This document shows, piece after piece, positions 60,242 to 64,000 of a DNA stretch of 64,000 nucleotides. The notes below the pieces were generated by a model. It saw nothing but the letters and a program-made list of their open reading frames with translations. It had not been told where the DNA came from and searched no databases. Both the position numbers and the translations under genes were made by a program. The stretch spans positions 5,341 through 69,340 of the forward strand of contig CALUKK010000100.1 in NCBI GenBank assembly GCA_944321205.1. The letters are read 5' to 3'. Position 1 is the first letter of the stretch; every line of letters begins with the position of its first letter. The DNA comes from an uncultured Alistipes sp. GTDB taxonomy: Bacteria; Bacteroidota; Bacteroidia; Bacteroidales; Rikenellaceae.

Positions 60242-61978
60242 TTATTGTTTGTTACGTTCGATTACTACATTGTCACACTGAGTTGTGACAAAATAACGCT
60301 GCTCGTCGAAAACATCGGGATAGTCTACCGTCTGTTCAATGCGATTGTCGGACGTAAAGTGGAATCCATTGACACAATAGAGATTGATGATACGGGGATC
60401 AAAGACCCGGAAGGTATTCCCTTCGACCCGAATATTCCGATGGTAACGAGAGTGAATGCGATCGGGGATTCCGCTTCCTACGGCAATGCAGGCACTGCCC
60501 CAGTTCAGACTGCCGTAATTTCCGTTTTCAAATACGTTGTTACGGATCAGCACGTCGCGGACTCCCGACTGTTCATACCAGTAATTACCGTCGCCTTCAA
60601 ACAGGATGGCGGCTCCAGCAATATGGAAATAACAATCCTCCACAACCGTGCGTCCCCGTGATCCCAGCAGCAAGCCCCGGGCTCGGTTGCCGCGCATCCG
60701 GCAGCCTTTGATGAGCACGTCGGGGTACTCTTCGTCGGCGGCAATGAGATGGCGTGTCTTCACGGTTTCGGGCAACGCCTCCGTAAAGGTCACCTCCGTA
60801 TAGATTTTGTTGAGGCGGTTTACCTGTTTAATTTCGCGATGTGCATAGCTTCCGAGGCTGTCGTTGTCAACCAATTCAACATGCATGCCTTCCCGTAGAA
60901 AATCCACCCCGAATTGGCCGGAATTGTGCCAGCGTAACAAGAGTTTGTCCGGGCCCAAAATGCGGTCTACGGCCATGTAAAGGCCATGGATATTGGTCGC
61001 ATCGTCTTTTTGATTCTCGAAAATACAATCCAACATACGGATATAACCTCCGCAGTTGACAAAATGCGTGGCATCCGCCGTGATACTGATTATTCGGTCC
61101 TTACCCGGAGCTGGAGTGACCACCAGCTTTTCGAGTTCAATGTTTCGACTGCGCTGAGCAATTACGCCCATGCCTCCGCAATGATAGATATTCACACCCT
61201 GAATTGTCACATTCTCGGAATCAGAGAGGGTAAAGGCTGGATTGTAGCGGGCAGCTGCCCCGAAAACCATGACATTTCCTATTGTAGCTGTCAAATCCTT
61301 ATGATAGATCCGAACTCGACCATCAGTCTGTTTTTTTGCTGTCAGCGGGTTCCACAGCCAGATGTCATTGGCCCGGAATGCCGGTTCCCGCTTTTCGATA
61401 TCGAACTCCAACAGACTGGAATAGGGATATATCGTTCCTTGAGCATCACGAAAACGCAGCCGACCGTCTGCTACTTCAAACAGATAGTCATCCGGAAACT
61501 CCAGTTCGAGCCACCCTGGACCTTTGGCAGTCACGATACCCTCGGAATGAAACGTCCGGGTATAATCGATACTCAGATCCTTGACCGTGATGTTCCGGCA
61601 GTCAGAAATGCTGAAGGGAGATACGAAGCCACTGAAGAGCAATTCCGTACCACAACCTTCGATGGTGAGATCGTTCATGCCGTTCAGATCGAAGGCAATA
61701 CGTTTCATGCTCTCGGTATTATTACTGATGAACTGGTATTTTTCGACGGCCAGATCAGGTTTTAGGCAGAGACGGCCACCCGGCAGCACAAGCCGCGAGG
61801 CTCCGATCTCGGCACAATGCTCAAGAGCAGCGCGTATGGCCGGGACGGCATCTGTTTCGGCAGCCTCAGGTGTCAGAAAATCTTTCAGATAAACGGTTTT
61901 CTCGGATTCGGGGGTCGTACAGGCAATCAACAGGCTTACGGTTAATGCCCAGACCATTTGCAATCTTCGCTTTTTCAT
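60242..61978 (-). CDS. GH110 alpha-1,3-galactosidase, lipoprotein
   Basis: FISNN, GMGVIAQRS, ADATHF, DDATNIHG, NRARGLL, WYEQSGVRDVLIRNN beta-helix motifs. Confidence 0.88.
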   Translation of the reverse strand: MKKRRLQMVWALTVSLLIACTTPESEKTVYLKDFLTPEAAETDAVPAIRAALEHCAEIGASRLVLPGGRLCLKPDLAVEKYQFISNNTESMKRIAFDLNGMNDLTIEGCGTELLFSGFVSPFSISDCRNITVKDLSIDYTRTFHSEGIVTAKGPGWLELEFPDDYLFEVADGRLRFRDAQGTIYPYSSLLEFDIEKREPAFRANDIWLWNPLTAKKQTDGRVRIYHKDLTATIGNVMVFGAAARYNPAFTLSDSENVTIQGVNIYHCGGMGVIAQRSRNIELEKLVVTPAPGKDRIISITADATHFVNCGGYIRMLDCIFENQKDDATNIHGLYMAVDRILGPDKLLLRWHNSGQFGVDFLREGMHVELVDNDSLGSYAHREIKQVNRLNKIYTEVTFTEALPETVKTRHLIAADEEYPDVLIKGCRMRGNRARGLLLGSRGRTVVEDCYFHIAGAAILFEGDGNYWYEQSGVRDVLIRNNVFENGNYGSLNWGSACIAVGSGIPDRIHSRYHRNIRVEGNTFRVFDPRIINLYCVNGFHFTSDNRIEQTVDYPDVFDEQRYFVTTQCDNVVIERNKQ

Positions 61979-63969
61979 CGGTTCGTGTTCTTGAGTTGTT
62001 CAGGGTTCGGAATCAGTTTCAGGGCAAATCCACCTCCGGGAGCCATTGCAATGTTCAGTCGGGTCTGAGAATTTGCCGTGCGGCGGCTGAGCATATATTT
62101 CTCCGGAATCGAATCGGCGTCAGGAGCATCGGTCATGAGAATTGCCTCGTATTGGCATCCGGGTGTCAGGAACGAAAGATCGATTTCGAGCTCTCGCGGC
62201 TCCCAATCCGTCAAACCTCCGACATACCAGGTTTCAGCATCCCGGCGGGCTGTGACGATATGTTCTCCCATGCGCCCGGACAATACTTCCGTTTGGTCGT
62301 ACACCGTGGGAAGAGAGGCAATAAAACGGGTGCAGATGTCATCTTTCCGATAATTCGAGGGAGAATCGCAGAGCATGGATAAGGGCGCATCGAAAACAAG
62401 GTATGTCGCTACCTGATGGGCCCGGGTTCCCTGACTCATTGGCCGGTTGTAATCGATCCGGAAACCGTCGCGTGTCGCATTATGGAAGGCACCAGGGGTA
62501 TAGTCCACCGGACCCTGTGCCATGCGGATGAACGGGAAGGTCACGTCATAGGACGGCATGTCGGGATTGCTCCATTTGAGCTCTTCCAGGCCATATACCC
62601 CTTCAAAATTGACAATATGAGGATAAGTGCGGTTCAGACCCGTCGGTTTATATACGCCGTGGATGTCGAGCATCAGGTGCCGGGCTGCCGCAGCTTCCGC
62701 CAGACGGTAGACCCGGTCAACAGCCAACTGATCGTCCCGGTCGATGAAATCGACCTTAAAACCTTTGATCCCCAGTTCCGAATAGTAGTCGCAAGCCTCG
62801 TCAAGGCGTGCATCGAGCACATTGCCCACGACCCAAAGCAGTAGCCCGACTCCCTTTGATTCGGCATAGCGGACCAGTTCGGGCAGGTCGATCTCCGGCA
62901 CGGCCTGCATGACATCCCCCTTTCCGGGATCGTACCATCCTTCATCCAGAATGACGTATTCCAGTCCATAATCCGCGGCGAAATCGATATAGGCCTTGTA
63001 GGTCAGGGTATTGATACCCGGCTTGAACGGAACATCGGTCAGCCCCCAGTCGTTCCACCATTCCCAGGCACTTTTGCCGGGCCGAACCCACGAACAGTCT
63101 CCGATTCGGTTTTCGGCGCCGAGCAAATAGACCAAATTATTCACCGGCAGTTCACGGTCTTCGTCGGCAACGGCCAAAATTCGCCAGGGATAACTCCGTG
63201 TTCCTTGAACTCGGGCAATGTAATCATGGCGAGTTGCAACTTTTTCCTGGCATCGGTGCGCATGCAGGTAACAACTGTCCGGCACTGCGGCAAACAGGCC
63301 GCACAACCCATCATTGCCAGGAACAAGGAACATGCCTGGATAGGATTCCAGATCCGATTCACATACCAGAACCTGACCTGCGGAGCCGCAATCAACCGCC
63401 AGAGGCAGAATGATCGGACGCTCGTCCGTCAACGTATCGAGGCGGCATGACGTATAAGGATATTGATAAGCATTGCACAATCCGTCGGATAGGGCTGCGG
63501 TCAAATTTACGGAATCGGCAAAATTGAATTCGGCGATTTCGTTCTGAATGATCTTTTCTGCGGCGAAAGCGGTCTCGAAACGATAGGCACAACCTTCGTC
63601 ATAAGCGCGAAAGAGCACAGCGCAACTATCATCCAATTCAATGCGCAGTTCGTTGCAACACTCCGTGAATTCGGCCTGCCGGTAGAACGGAGCCGTTATG
63701 GTCCGTTCTATGTGGCGGCGTTGTGTCTTGCCACTTCGGACACCAGTACCCAATTTGTATCCATCAGCAAAATGCAAACCGATGGCCGATCGTCCGAGCA
63801 GAGGTACGCCATGTCGTGTCACGGTGTAGGTCAAGATATTGTTTGTCGAAATCTCTACGACCAGTGTCCCGTCAGGAGAGGCCAGTTGGAATGTTTGGTC
63901 CGAAGGCCCGGAACATCCTGCCAGCAGACAAATAGCGGCAACGGAGATGAATTTACAAAATAGATTCAT
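61975..63969 (-). CDS. GH97 glycosidase, retaining alpha-galactosidase type
   Basis: SPDG, FRAYDEG, SWVRPGKSAWEWW, YVILDEGW, GFKVDF (Asp nucleophile), EGVYGLE, GPVDYTPG. Confidence 0.92.
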   Translation of the reverse strand: MNLFCKFISVAAICLLAGCSGPSDQTFQLASPDGTLVVEISTNNILTYTVTRHGVPLLGRSAIGLHFADGYKLGTGVRSGKTQRRHIERTITAPFYRQAEFTECCNELRIELDDSCAVLFRAYDEGCAYRFETAFAAEKIIQNEIAEFNFADSVNLTAALSDGLCNAYQYPYTSCRLDTLTDERPIILPLAVDCGSAGQVLVCESDLESYPGMFLVPGNDGLCGLFAAVPDSCYLHAHRCQEKVATRHDYIARVQGTRSYPWRILAVADEDRELPVNNLVYLLGAENRIGDCSWVRPGKSAWEWWNDWGLTDVPFKPGINTLTYKAYIDFAADYGLEYVILDEGWYDPGKGDVMQAVPEIDLPELVRYAESKGVGLLLWVVGNVLDARLDEACDYYSELGIKGFKVDFIDRDDQLAVDRVYRLAEAAAARHLMLDIHGVYKPTGLNRTYPHIVNFEGVYGLEELKWSNPDMPSYDVTFPFIRMAQGPVDYTPGAFHNATRDGFRIDYNRPMSQGTRAHQVATYLVFDAPLSMLCDSPSNYRKDDICTRFIASLPTVYDQTEVLSGRMGEHIVTARRDAETWYVGGLTDWEPRELEIDLSFLTPGCQYEAILMTDAPDADSIPEKYMLSRRTANSQTRLNIAMAPGGGFALKLIPNPEQLKNTNR

Positions 63970-64000
63970 GGTTCAAGATTTAGTCGGTAAGTAGCGATAT

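Noticed and set aside
24214-63969. Carrageenan/agar PUL (GH127 + GH110 + sulfatases)
   Set aside because: No GH16/GH82/GH150/GH167 or anhydrogalactose catabolic genes seen; GH110 lies in a separate convergent block.

Overview
Bacteroidota DNA, judged from the SusC/SusD pairs, hybrid two-component systems (HTCS) and TAnnTTTG promoters. High GC suggests an Alistipes/Rikenellaceae-like host (inference). The window holds four nutrient-acquisition loci back to back. (1) 1-11.2 kb: HTCS-regulated susC-susD-SusE/F-like PUL running off the left edge, organised like the B. thetaiotaomicron beta-1,4-galactan PUL. (2) 11.2-24 kb: a CAZyme-free cassette of ECF sigma, FecR, SusC (1-bp frameshift), SusD, lipoprotein, FISUMP lipoprotein, GldA/F/G-like ABC system and TlpA thioredoxin; function unknown. 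(3) 24.2-53.5 kb: HTCS-regulated PUL with GH127, six Ser-type sulfatases, GH3, an atypical GH10, a BACON/GLUG surface lipoprotein and tandem SusC genes, the first lacking the N-terminal extension/TonB box. It resembles marine sulfated-xylan PULs. (4) 54-64 kb: a lower-GC convergent block GH97-GH110-acetylesterase-GH172(DUF2961)-GH92. Blocks 3 and 4 are separated by a ~420-bp internally deleted IS3 remnant whose probable terminal repeat supplies a sulfatase stop codon. No rRNA, tRNA or CRISPR array was seen. All family calls come from recognised motifs, not database searches.
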